From positions 38,626,001-38,690,000 of the forward strand of contig OX597838.1 of the NCBI GenBank assembly GCA_951406725.2: a stretch of 64,000 nt of DNA. Direction: 5' to 3'. Positions 40,843 to 53,249 of this stretch are shown piece by piece. The notes below the pieces were generated by a model. It did no database searches. It was given only the letters and a program-made list of their open reading frames with translations, and had not been told where the DNA came from. How positions within the stretch are numbered: the stretch's first letter is position 1; the number at the start of each line of letters is the position of its first letter. A program made the translations under genes and the position numbers. The stretch is from Octopus vulgaris (lineage: Eukaryota).

Positions 40843-41190
40843 AGTAGTTCTCAACCGGAGTTCAAATGGTCCCTGAGAGTCCCTGAAGATTTTGTGGTGT
40901 CTACGCAAGGAAATAGTAAATTGGCGTTCCACAATATGGTTTCTAAGGTCCCCTGAAGAAATTTTGTTTTAAATGTATGTATAAATATGTATTGCAAGAA
41001 ACAGCTAGGTTTCTTTCTCTAATATAGTAGAGAGTTCAGCGTACGTAAGTTAATTTGTGAAAAACAAAGCAGGAATTTTCAAAGAGGTTTCTATAAAACA
41101 AGTTTGTATACGTTAAATGACTATGGGAGTCCACTAGGATAAAATAGTAATCAAAGGTGTCCATAGATAAAAAATGGTTCAGAACCCCTA
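40843..41190. mobile_element. Degenerate hAT-type MITE
   Basis: Ends agtagttctcaacc ... ggttcagaacccct resemble CAGTGGTTCTCAACC-type hAT TIRs. Confidence 0.5.
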
Positions 41191-41577
41191 ATATAGATGA
41201 TATTTTGTAACATTTGAAATATCGTAGGTCAGGGTGATAGGCAAGAACAAAATGGCTGCTCTTATTGAAGAGGGGACATAGCGACAGATGGTGTATCTTT
41301 TTTTTTTTCAGATGTTTACTCTATGAGATATATTGAAGATTTCGAGTTCGTTAACATTTTAATGCCCCATATATTAAATATATTAGCGCCAGTAGATATA
41401 GGAGCAGATGTGGTTGTCTGATTAAGGCGTTCGCTTTGTGGTCATATTGTTCCGGGTTCAGTTCCACAACACGGCACCATGAGCAAGTTTCTTCTATTAT
41501 AACCCAAATAATCCCTTGTGAGAGTATTTGGTAAAAGGTAACCAAGGGGAAGTACATTTTGAGTACGTGCATACACA

Positions 41578-41639
<62 letters not shown>

Positions 41640-41778
41640 TGTATATATATTGTATGTATTACATATATATATATATATATATATAGTTAATCCAAACATG
41701 AAAACACAAAGAGAAAACATAACAACGCGAGGACGTGGAACAAGTAAAGTATTATTGGACGCTCAGGAAAGAAGGAGG

Positions 41779-41813
41779 GTTTAACGTTTCGAACGGAGCT
41801 CTTCGTCAGAAAC
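41779..41813 (-). ncRNA. Minimal hammerhead in a ~210-bp element (41686-41899) inserted in (TA)n
   Basis: GTTT-CTGACGA-A-GAGC.TCC.GTTC-GAAA-CG-TT-AAAC. Confidence 0.75.
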
Positions 41814-41897
41814 ATAGGAAAAGGAAAGATCCAAATAAGGGAAGACGGAGGAAAAAATCGCCAACGGTACACACACGGTCACAGTTTGAATGGTCAC

Positions 41898-41955
<58 letters not shown>

Positions 41956-42018
41956 CATACATACATACATACATACATCATATACATACATACATACATA
42001 CATACATACATACATACA

Positions 42019-42050
<32 letters not shown>

Positions 42051-42054
42051 CATA

Positions 42055-42550
42055 GAGGCACAGGAGTGGCTGTGTGGTAAGAAGCTTTTCTCACTGTATT
42101 GCGTGTTCGTTTCTTTATTTTTCCATCTGGCTGCTTTTCTTTCTACAAAATGAAAAGCTACATTGCGGAACTGATATTTTAACGAGTTGCGTCTATCCAT
42201 TACGCCGGATACTCCCGAAACAGATGTTGCGTGTCCCACTCGTGAATGATTAACGCTAGATTTGTCGAAACAATTGTTTATTACTTTAATCACGACAATT
42301 GTTTCGACACATCTATAGACATCTGTGTCTCTGTGTCTTTGTGTCTGTGTTTGTCACCCCTCTACCGTTTGACAACAGGTTCTGGTGTGTTTACATCCCC
42401 ATAACTTAGCGGTTCAACCAAGAACTGATAGGAAAGTACTACGCTTATAACGATTAAGTCCTGAGGTCGACTTCTTCGACTAAAACCCTTTACAGCGGTG
42501 ATCCAGCATGGTCGCAGTCAAATAACTGAAAGAAGTAAAAGAATAAAAGA
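42055..42550 (+). mobile_element. SINE family A interrupted at ~42090-42320
   Basis: Head at 42055, 3' half from 42325. Confidence 0.7.
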
Positions 42551-42564
42551 ATATATATATGTGT

Positions 42565-42595
<31 letters not shown>

Positions 42596-42618
42596 CGCAT
42601 GCATGTAGGTAGGTAATC

Positions 42619-42688
<70 letters not shown>

Positions 42689-42832
42689 ATAGCATCTTAT
42701 CTATGCACACACCAGCCCGGCTTCCCACTCTTTACGTAACTCCTTCCGAAATAACCGGATTCCCACCTACCTCCTAATCCTCTCTCTATCTACCTTTTCT
42801 TCTTTATTTTCCCCAATCCTTCTATTTCCTAT

Positions 42833-42869
42833 CATTCTGATGAAGGACTAGCGTCCGAAACGTCAAATG
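42833..42869 (+). ncRNA. Minimal hammerhead in an element abutting (TA)n at 42685
   Basis: CATT-CTGATGA-A-GGAC.TAGC.GTCC-GAAA-CG-TC-AAATG. Confidence 0.8.
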
Positions 42870-43593
42870 GTCTTTCCCTACATTTTTAGCATTAAACTAC
42901 CAACATTTTTCGTTTCAAAATCGTTTTTCTCGTTTTGTCTTCTATATTTGTCCTCATTACCTAATATCTAAGAATTAACCAGATTCAGACATCCTTAAGC
43001 ACCAGAGATTGAATGGGAAGAGAAGTTTCCATGGTGATAAATGGTGCAATTTCTAAAACTAAAGAAAGATGTTATTGTTATTATTATTGTCATCGTCGTC
43101 GTCGCCATTGTTGTTTTTGATGTTGATGTGTAGCACCAAGAGCTGAACCAGCGATAAGGAACAGTCCAATGATCAAAAATGCTTCCAGGCATGACCACCC
43201 TGTATTTCTACGTTTATCTAGGAATAAATTATTTAATGTGTCCTTTCTTTAATTGAGGATGTGGAATTCGATATAAGGAAAGAACGGGGTTTGGTTGTTA
43301 TTTCTAGCAGCTCCCTTGACCAGATAGAAGTGCACTGATTAAATAGATGGTGGAGAAGACGAAGAAGACAAAGAGGAAGAAGGAGGAGGAGGTGGTGGTG
43401 GTGGTGGTGGTGGTGGTGTTGGTAGTGGTGGAGAGTAGGGTGGATGAGGAAGGAGAGGAGGAAAGGGAGGAGGAGGGGAAGAGGAGGAAGGGAGAACGAA
43501 GAGGAGAAGGAAGAGGGAGGAGGGGTTGTCTGCCCTTGGTATATTTGGTTATAAGATTCATTACATGTAAGGAAGAATAGGAGATAGAAAGAC

Positions 43594-43624
<31 letters not shown>

Positions 43625-43976
43625 AAAAAAAAAAAAAGAAAGAAAGAAAGATAGAAAGAGAGAAGGAAAGAGAGAGAATATGCGTACGTGACAGAAATGA
43701 AAGTACAACAGAACGACTACCAATGATATCCATGTACCCATCCATACACACACACGTACATACATACATACACATATGTGTGTATATATATGTGTACTTT
43801 CAATATTTAGCAGAGGCAAATGAGTGGCTCAATGCTCGGCAGTTTCGTTCATTCGCACTTATCAAACGCACGAAACACACGGCCCTTGAGTCACTCTGTT
43901 GCTTCAGCTGAATATTAATAGAAATATGCTTTACTTATACTCATGTTTTGAGTTCTATTTTTCTTGTTTCCATCAC

Positions 43977-44383
43977 CAGGAGTGGCTGTGTGGTAAGTAG
44001 CTTGTTTACCAACCACATGGTTCGGGGTTCAGTCCCACTGCGTGGCACCTTGGGCAAGTGTCTTCTACTATAGCCTCGGGCCGACCAAAGCCTTGTGAGT
44101 GGATTTGGTAGACGGAAACTGAAAGAAGCCCGTCGTATATATGTATATATATATATATATGCGTATGTGTGATTCTGTGTCTGTATTTGTCCCTCTAGCA
44201 TTGCTTGAAAACCGATGCTGGTGTGTTTATGTCTCCGTTACTTAGCGGTTCGGCAAAAGAGACCGATAAAATAAGTACTGGGCTTACAAAAGAATAAGTG
44301 CCGAGGTCGAGTTGCTCGATTAAAGGCGGTGCTCTAGCATGGCCGCAGTCAAATGACTGAAACAAGTAAAAGAGTAAAAGAGT
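43977..44383 (+). mobile_element. SINE family A, full length
   Basis: Complete copy. Confidence 0.9.
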
Positions 44384-44384
44384 A

Positions 44385-44426
<42 letters not shown>

Positions 44427-44904
44427 ACACACACACATATATACATGTATATATGCATATTTCATACATATATATATATATATATGGATGTGTGTGTGTG
44501 CCTCTGTGTACGCGCGTATGTGCTTTTGTGTAAGTGTACGTGTGTTCGCCTTTCTGTGCGTGTGTACATTTGTGTATGTGCCTTTGCATGTGTGTGTGTG
44601 TGTGTGTGTGTGTTTTACAGAGAATGCGATAGAGTATGAGAAAAAGAAACGGCGAAATCAAGGTAATCGATAATTTTAGGAGTTACAAATGAAAGAAAGG
44701 AGAAAGAGAAAACGAAACGAAAGAGAGAAAAAAAAGAACAAAGACAAGAGCGAGAATTCGAGAAAGTGAAAGTAAAAAGTAGAGTAGAGGAAGAAAGAGA
44801 GAAATTGCTGGAAAGAAACAAATAAATAAATAAATACAGAGTGAAAAAGGTTCTCGAAAATGAAAGAATAAATGATGAACAAGAAGAAATGGAGGAAATA
44901 TGGC

Positions 44905-45027
44905 CGTTGTTGTTGTAGTTGTTGTAGTTGTAGTTGTAGTTGTTGTAGTTGCTGTTACGGTTGTGTTGACGATGCTGCTGCTGGTGTTGGTAACCTGATG
45001 GCGGTGATGATAGTGTTGGTGGTGTTG

Positions 45028-45059
<32 letters not shown>

Positions 45060-45590
45060 GGTGGTGGTGGTGGTGGCGGAGGTGGTGGTGGTGGAGGCGG
45101 CGGCGGCGGCCGCGACGGTGGTGGCGGTGGTGATGGTTGTGGTGATGGTCGTGATGGTGGTGGTGGTCGTCGTGGTGATGGTGGTAGTGGTGATGGTCGT
45201 AATGGTGGTGGTGGTGGTGGTGGTGGTGGTGGTGGTGATGGTGGTAGTGGTGGTTGTCGTCGTCGTGGCGATGATGGTCGTGGTGGTTGCAGCGCCAGTG
45301 GCGTCTGTGACGGCAATGGCAGCTGTGGCAACGACGGTGGTCGTGGTTGCGACAGTGACGGCGGCGGTGACGGTGGCGGCGGCGGTGACGGTGGCGGCGG
45401 CGGTGACGGTGGCGGTGGCGGCGGTGGTGGTGAGGGTGGCGGCGGCGGTGACGACAGCGGTGGTGGTGGTGGAGATGATGGCTTTGGCGGCGGCGGCGGC
45501 GGTGGCGGTGGCAACTGAGGTGGCGGTGACGGTGGCGTAGGGTGATGGTAGTTCTGGGTGTTGGTGATGGCGCAGGTGGTGGTGCCGGCG
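44905..45590. repeat. GC-rich compound trinucleotide block (GGT/GGC) with 18-bp sub-repeat
   Basis: gcggcggtgacggtggcg is repeated ~3 times at 45360-45420. Confidence 0.85.
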
Positions 45591-45851
45591 GTAGAGGTTG
45601 TTTTTCTGGAAAGTATTTGGACCTGAACCTTGATAACGGAATTGTTTTGCACAGATCAACAATTGTGTGACGTAATGATCTATTAATCATTGACGAACTC
45701 AACAGATACTTTTTAACTTTCACTTTCGCTTTCGCTTTGTTATTTTGGTTTGTTGTTTTTGTTTTTGTTTTCTTTTGATTTTTGTACATCTTGTCCTTTT
45801 CTAGTCTTTTTCTTATTCTCTTCTTTATTTTCTATGGCTGAGTTTGTGTGT

Positions 45852-45898
<47 letters not shown>

Positions 45899-46200
45899 TC
45901 TGTACGAGTACATGCATATGTCTCTTTGCCAGTGTGTATATATATGAGTGCTTGTATCTGTCTCTATATAACCATGTGCGTCTCTGTGTCACTATGCAGA
46001 TATCTCTGTGTGTGTGTGTGTGTGTGTGTATCTATAAATAGACACACACACACACACATATGTATATACATACACGTGTTAGAGAGTGTCTGTGTGTGCA
46101 CATATGTGAGCGTATGCACGTGCTCGTACATATGAGTATGTACGTATGACAGCTCGTGCGAATGTATGTATGTGCATGTGTCCATACTTGCGTCAGCGCG

Positions 46201-46237
<37 letters not shown>

Positions 46238-46805
46238 TAATGTGTGTGTATGTGTGTGCGTATTAATGTGTGTGTGTGTGTGTATTAATGTGTGTGTGTG
46301 TGTTCAAAAACGATTTTTGCTATGCTTAAAGGATGAAGTGAATGAAAGAGATAAAGTATAAATAATGGGACGTATTTGCTCTGAAATGGTGTTGTACAGA
46401 CTGGGTATTGAACCTTGCATGGAAACTGATAGCAGTGTGGATCTGTGTAGAATACGAGAGAGTGAGAGAGAGACAGAGAGAGAGAGACAGAGACAGAGAG
46501 AAAGGGTGGTAAGGAGGGTGTAATGTAAGGGGAGATAAATTAAGAGGAAGAAATATAGGAGAAAGAAAAAGAAAGGGAGAGGCTGCACTCACACTCACAG
46601 ACACATACACTCTCAAAAACACACGCACCCGTTTATGTGTATGTATATGCATATATGCATGTATCATGTATATATGCATATATGCATATATACATGATAC
46701 ATATATATGTGTTTATATATATATTTATATATACATATATATATGTGTGGGTGTGTATTTATGCCGGCATATATATATATATATATATGCGTGTGTATGT
46801 ATATA

Positions 46806-46872
<67 letters not shown>

Positions 46873-47235
46873 GAGTGAGAGAGAGAGAGATACAGTCAGT
46901 CAGACTGACAGACAGACATTGAGAAATCGAGAACATTTAGAGAGAGAGAGAGAGAAGACCGAGGGGGAGAGAGTGGGAAGAGAGAGGGAGAGATAGAGGT
47001 AGGGGTAGAGAGAGAAAGAGAGAGAGTCGTTATGTAGCCGGAACAAAAAGAGGTTATATGAAGTGTGAAAAAGGTGGGCGTTGGTAGATGGGGAAGGGGT
47101 GTGGAATGAGAGACACAGAGGCGGAGGCGGAGGAGGAGGAGGAGGAGAAGGAGTAGGCGGAGGCGATGAAGGACGAAATGCAAGGTATATAAGGCGAATA
47201 AAACGTCCATGTGAGTATGTATGAATGTGTGTCTC

Positions 47236-47275
<40 letters not shown>

Positions 47276-47449
47276 AGTGTGTGCGAGAGAGTGAGAGACA
47301 GACAGATAGGCAGAGAGACAGAAAGAGTGAGGAAGAGAGAGGGGATGTGAGTGTTTCGTGTGTGTGCGTGTTAAAGGGGAAGGATAAGAGCGTGTACACA
47401 TATGCAGGGCCCTCTTAAGGCATGGGTCCACTAGGCCGATCTATGGATC

Positions 47450-47665
47450 TATGTACTTGCTCGTCCGTCGTTGTCGACGATGACTAATAACATCACATGG
47501 GAGAAGACGGGACGCGATGTGTCCGCCTGTGGTCGATTAGTCCGACCTGGGCTCAGAAGGTTCTGCCGCGGGTCGGGCATTTGATGGCCTGCTGGAACTA
47601 AATGCGAGCAGCTGACCCTGGGACTTGTACAGATGATGTTTTCCATGTGCTCCTGCAATCCGTTT
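47450..47665 (-). mobile_element. RTE-clade LINE 3' end fragment
   Basis: Minus translation IKCPTRGRTF*AQVGLIDHRRTHR (RTE C-terminal zinc finger), followed by a GTCATCGTCGACAACGACGGAC 3' hairpin. Confidence 0.7.
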
Positions 47666-47734
47666 TGAAAGCATGGGGTTCCTCAGTCGGTTGCTCAGGG
47701 ACCTCACAGGTCTAGCGGCCCAATTCCGATATAT

Positions 47735-48300
47735 GTACTTGCTTGTCTGTCCGTCCTTGTAGACGATATATTTCTTTACTACCCACAAGGGGCTAAACAC
47801 AGAGGGGACAAACAAGGACAGACAAAGGGATTTAGTCGATTACATCGACCCCAGTGCGTAACTGGTACTTAATTTATTGACCCCGAAAGGATGAAAGGCA
47901 AAGTCGACCTCGGCGGAATTTGAACGGCTACGCATTTCGTCAGGCGTGCTAACGTTTCTGCCAGCTCGCCGTCCTTGTAGACGATAAGCAAGGCCATCAC
48001 ATATGAGAGAAGAGGATGAGACACGATGTGTCCAGCTGTGGCTGATCAGTCCGATGCGTGCTAGGAAGGCCCTGCCGCAGGTCAGGAATTTGATGGTTTG
48101 CTGGAACTAAATGCGAGAGGCTGCCTCTGCACAGTTCGCGTTTCTTTTGCGCCCCTGCAATCATGTTCTGTTCGTAGGAGCTGGAACCTCTGTTGGTGCA
48201 GCTTCGTCAGGCATGCAGGGCGGCCTTGCACATGCGTTTTCCAGGTGTCGGGGTTGATTTCAGTGTACGTTGTGGCTTGTCATCAATAATTCAATGTCAT
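47735..48300 (-). mobile_element. Second RTE-clade LINE 3' fragment, interrupted by SINE-B
   Basis: INPDTWK... and FLTCGRAFLARIGLISHSWTHR. The tail matches the 47450 copy. Confidence 0.7.
47768..47972 (-). mobile_element. SINE family B monomer inserted in RTE tail with target duplication
   Basis: ccgtccttgtagacgata is repeated on both sides (47751-47768 and 47969-47986). Confidence 0.85.
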
Positions 48301-48864
48301 AGGACCCACTGCATTGGTTTGCCCTGGAATAGGGACCTATGACATTGATTGGACAACCTTGCATATTTGTGAGTGTGCATGTGTTGGATTGTGTTTGAAA
48401 GTTTTTGAGTGTGTGCGTGTGAGACAGCGGGTGAATGTGTGTGTTTTGAGTGTGTATGTGTGATTATGTGTCTATATGAGATTATATATGTGAGTGTGTG
48501 TGTGTGTGTATGTGTGTGTGTGTGTGTGTGTGTAAGGAGAAAGTGAAAGACTGTATTTATGTGTGTGTTTAGAAGAGAAAGGCTGAGTGCGTTGGGGAGA
48601 TTGTGGATGTGTGACTGGGTGAGTGTGTGTGTAGTAGTTGGTGTGGGATAGTATTTGAAGGTGCGTGGGAGTATATGATAGTGTGTAGGTGTTGATATGG
48701 GTGAAAGAGAAGAGAGAGTGTATGTGCATCTATGTATGTGTGTGTTAAAAAGGAAAGGTGTTAGGGTGGCCATGTACATGTGTGTGTGTATGTAGGATTA
48801 TGACGGAAAGTATATGTGTGCCTGTGAAAGAGAGAGACAGACAGACAGACAGAGAGTGGACAAG

Positions 48865-49075
48865 TGTGTGCGTGTGCGATATTTGACATGTGTGTATATG
48901 TGTGTGTGTGTGTGCGTGTGTGATATTAGACATGTGTGTATATGAGTGTGTGTGCGTGTGTGACATTAGACATGTGTGTATATATGTGTGTGTGCGTGTG
49001 TGATATTAGACATGTGTGTATATATGTGTGTGTGCGTGTGTGATATTAGACATGTGTGTATATGTATGTGTGTGT
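48865..49075. repeat. ~40-bp minisatellite built on (TG)n
   Basis: tgcgtgtgtgatattagacatgtgtgtata x5. Confidence 0.85.
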
Positions 49076-50061
49076 GTGAACGCGTGCGCCATAGTGAACA
49101 TGTATATGTGTGTGTGCGTATTTGTGTGTGTGTGTATTTGTGTGGCTAACTTATTTGCTAGTGTGTGAGAGCAGGCATATGTATGTGTATGTATGTATTT
49201 GTGTATGTATGCGTGTGTGGGTATGGTTGTGTTCGATAATGTGCGTCTGTGTATGCATGTACACATGTATGCGTTATTGCATGCATGTGAGCGCGAATGG
49301 GTGTATATGTACGTGTATGACTATGTATGTGTGCGATTGTGCTTGACATGTGTGTGTCTAGGTGTTTGCGTACGTATGTGTGTAAGTGTGTGTATGTGTT
49401 CATATGAATACGTGTAATGCGTGAGATATAAAATGACGAATTAAAGGAATAAAGGAGAGGAAAGAGTAGAAGGATGGTGAAGGGAGGAGGAGGAGGAGGA
49501 GGAGGAGGAGGGGAGGAGGAGGGAGAAGAGGAGGAGGAGGGAGAAGAGGAGGAGGAGGAGGAATAGGATCGGAGAAGAGGAGGGAGAGTAGAAGGGGCAG
49601 AGGAGGGAGAGTAGGAGGGGAAGAGGAGGGAGAGGAGGAGGGGAAGAGGAGGAGGACGGGGAGGAGGGGGAGGGAAGATGAGAAAGAAGAGGGGGAAGTG
49701 GAGGAAGAGGAGAGTGGAAGGAAGAGGAGAAAGAAGTGGAGGGGAAAGAGGGAGAAGAGGAAGGCGAAGGGGAAGAAGAAAAGGAGGGTGAAGGGGAGGA
49801 AGAAGAGGTGGTGGAAGAGGAGGAGGGGGAGTGAAATAAGGGCTGCTTGTGTGTGTCCATGTGTGTTTGTGCTTGCATGGGGACATGTGTATGTGCTTAT
49901 CTTTATGCATGTGTAGCGTGTGTGTATATGTGTATATGTGTGCGTGTTTGTGTATGTGTGTGTGTGTATGTGTGTGTGCGCGTGTGTATGTAAAAAAGAG
50001 TAATTGGTTGATGAGAGGAGAGGGAACGAGTAGAATTCGGTGAAAGAGAAACGATGCTTGT

Positions 50062-50102
<41 letters not shown>

Positions 50103-50137
50103 CGTGTGTGTATGTGTGTGTGTGTGCTTGTGTGTGC

Positions 50138-50217
<80 letters not shown>

Positions 50218-50554
50218 GTGAGGGGAGTACCTGTAAGATATGGTAAAGCGCTAAAGTGATGGAGCGGAGGAGAAAGGGAGTAATATTATAGTAAATGAGC
50301 GAAGTTTATGGAATGGGTGTGTGAGAGAGACGGAGTGAAAGAGGGGTAGAGAGAGAAAAGAGGAGAAAGAGAGGGGGTAGAGAGAAGGATAGAAAGAGAG
50401 GCAAACAGATAGAGACAGATCGACAGACCAAGAGAGAGAGAGAGAGAGAGAGAGTAGGGGAGAGTGATGGAGAGTGAGATAGAAAAAGGGGAGAGAGACG
50501 CAGATAGCCAGACAGACCGACAGACAGACCGAGAACAGCGAGAAAGAGATAAGG

Positions 50555-50588
<34 letters not shown>

Positions 50589-50636
50589 GTATATTATATA
50601 TATGTATATATATGTATATATATATATATATGTGTA

Positions 50637-51474
50637 TTATAAAATGAGATAGGGGTTGAAAATTCAACCCACCATGGGATAATATATATCCAATATACTG
50701 CTAGATAGGTACCCAACAAAAATTAATACATAGATGTTAGAAATTGTCAAGCAATCAGTTCATCTATTGTATTAAATGGGTAAGGGTAATAATATTACCG
50801 TAAATTAATACTACAAAATTAGAGAATGGAGAAACATACTTAAATCAATAAAGCATCAACTATCCGATGATACTCAATCCATACTTTAATACACCATTAC
50901 ATAGGAGTAAAGGCAATATATAAAATGAAATGAGATATACAGTAATAGTAAAAGTAAAAGTAAAAGTAAAAAGATAAAGAGATATAAGTAAAAAATTACA
51001 AATACAATATGCAAATAAATCAAAACTGACAGCTGTTTCGGCAGTGAGGACAGTCATACCTCATTTAACCTATAAGCCATAAAGGCAGGTATAAATGAGG
51101 CATTAACAAAGATGCCCCACGGCCTCTTCAGAGAATTAAATTAAATTTGTTATAATAGTGAAAAATATTATATAATCATATACATATAAATATAAAAATA
51201 TAAAAAAGTAAAATATAAAAACTTATACATCATAATGCTACACTTGTATAATATAATACATATTTGTACAAAAAGGAAGGTAACCAGAACAAAATAAAAC
51301 AAAATATATAACAGTGTATATATAATATTAATAAGTACCGATATCATACATATTTAGCTAATAGTTTTTTTATAAAAAAAGGGGCTAACACATATGGAGA
51401 TGAAAAATAATAATAATTAAATCCGTGGTACAGTTCATAAAATTCTAAAGCTATAAAAGTTAATAAAAATTACT

Positions 51475-51514
<40 letters not shown>

Positions 51515-53249
51515 GTAATAATAATAAAAAATAATAAAAATAGATACAGTTAAGTTATCACCAAGTCCATCCTTCCAAGATCGAAATAACTATGAGTTAA
51601 GAAATGCTGACCACTAGGTAAAGAAAATTTAGATTAATTCGATTGGCTATTGGTTTGAAATTTAAATCACAAAAGAAAATTATACGGTTGGTTAGTCAGG
51701 GAACGCCAATATTCACACACGCATCTACAGATCAATCGCACATACACACATAGTTATATGTATATACATACACTTGTACATATACATAATCATAAGCAAC
51801 AACTAACACTTAGATAAACAAATAGGGAAGCAACCATGCTAACACTAAGTCCTTCAAAATTATAACTGAGCCTCAATAACAAAAAAAGAACCATCCATGC
51901 ATTCTATAAAATATTTAATTAAGATATAAATGTAATTTTAAATATCAGTATGTTACTAATTCAGATAATTATTTCATGGGTAACTTAAAATTTGTAACAC
52001 CGGTTTGTTGCAGAGTAAACATACGGTTGTTAGATTTATCGTAAGTTTGTTATGATTTAAAGTACGCTAAATTATAAAATATAAAATATAAAATATATTA
52101 ATTTAGATATTATAAATAAGTCACTTATTAACTTAATAAATATAGTGCCAAAATATATCAGTTTAGGCAATAAAAAATAGAGGGGGAAGTATTAATGTAA
52201 ACGCTTATGAGAACATCACAGAAATTTTAAATAAATTTTATATTATAAAGACTTAATATGAAAAGAGATAAAATAAATAAAAAGGAGTAAATACGAAGGA
52301 ATAAATACGGTTATACACATAATTATAAGTACAAACTAGTATATATGTATTCATATATTATTAAAATAAATAAAAATAAATGATAGATATGTATGTATAA
52401 AACTACACCAGTATAAGTAAATAAGTAAAGAATAAATAGGTAACAAATTAAATGACTTGATATGTATGTAAACATCCACACTTAAATAGGCAAATAAATA
52501 AATAAATAGAAGACTAGATGCAAATATTGATAATATTACAATAAAATGGGAAATAAATAAAAATAAATAAAGTGAATATATATATTTTATTTTATATTGT
52601 TGAAAGTAAATATGTATGGAAGGATAGTTTAAAGTACAGATCCAGAGGACTATAGATATAAACTAAATATATGAGGCTGGTAACAATTATAAAGCAAAAT
52701 GCATGTAAATGAGAAAATGAAAAAAATGAAAAAGGTTTATCAGTGAATAACATAAGATACAAATTAAGGTGAGTACAAAAAGACCAAATATATAATAAAA
52801 ACCTTCCAAATCAGCACATACAAAAAACCCATAATCTCAACCTAAACCCACCAAACTCACAAAAGGCTCTCATATATTACATATTATACAATATCATTAC
52901 ATTATCCAGAGCTAGGTATCTAACCAAGATATACATATATACTTTGCAATATACTATGCAATATTGGAAAACTTCAAAAATCACACATTACAAGGCAAAT
53001 AACAAAATGAATATGTTATTTTATGTCATATTGCATTTCTCTTAAAAAAAACAAACAAAAACCCACATACAAAAACCAAGAAACCAATAATACTAGACAC
53101 ATCCAATTAGTTATTATACAAATGTAGCTATAAAAATTATAAAATTATGAAATTTATAAAATGTATACTTTAGAATTATAGAAGACCACAGGTATATTTA
53201 GTTAAAGAAGGGAATTAAAAAATTGATAATAGTGGAAGTGCTAAGTTCT
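50637..53249 (-). repeat. 3' pseudo-LTR (~2.61 kb, very AT-rich)
   Basis: Direct repeat of 56231-58844. By eye only one T indel (T7 vs T8) and one G/A substitution differ. Confidence 0.95.
51022..51135 (-). ncRNA. Type I hammerhead ribozyme with extended stem II (pLTR copy 1)
   Basis: Minus strand reads CTGAAGA-GGCCGTGGGG...TGCCTCATTTA/TAAATGAGGTA...CCTCACTGCC-GAAA-CAGCTG-TC. Stem III is palindromic and the cleavage triplet is GUC. Stem I is weak. Confidence 0.8.

Noticed and set aside
50860-51057. 65-aa ORF duplicated in both pLTRs
   Set aside because: It overlaps the hammerhead, is low-complexity and T-rich, and has no recognisable motif. The duplication just reflects the repeat.
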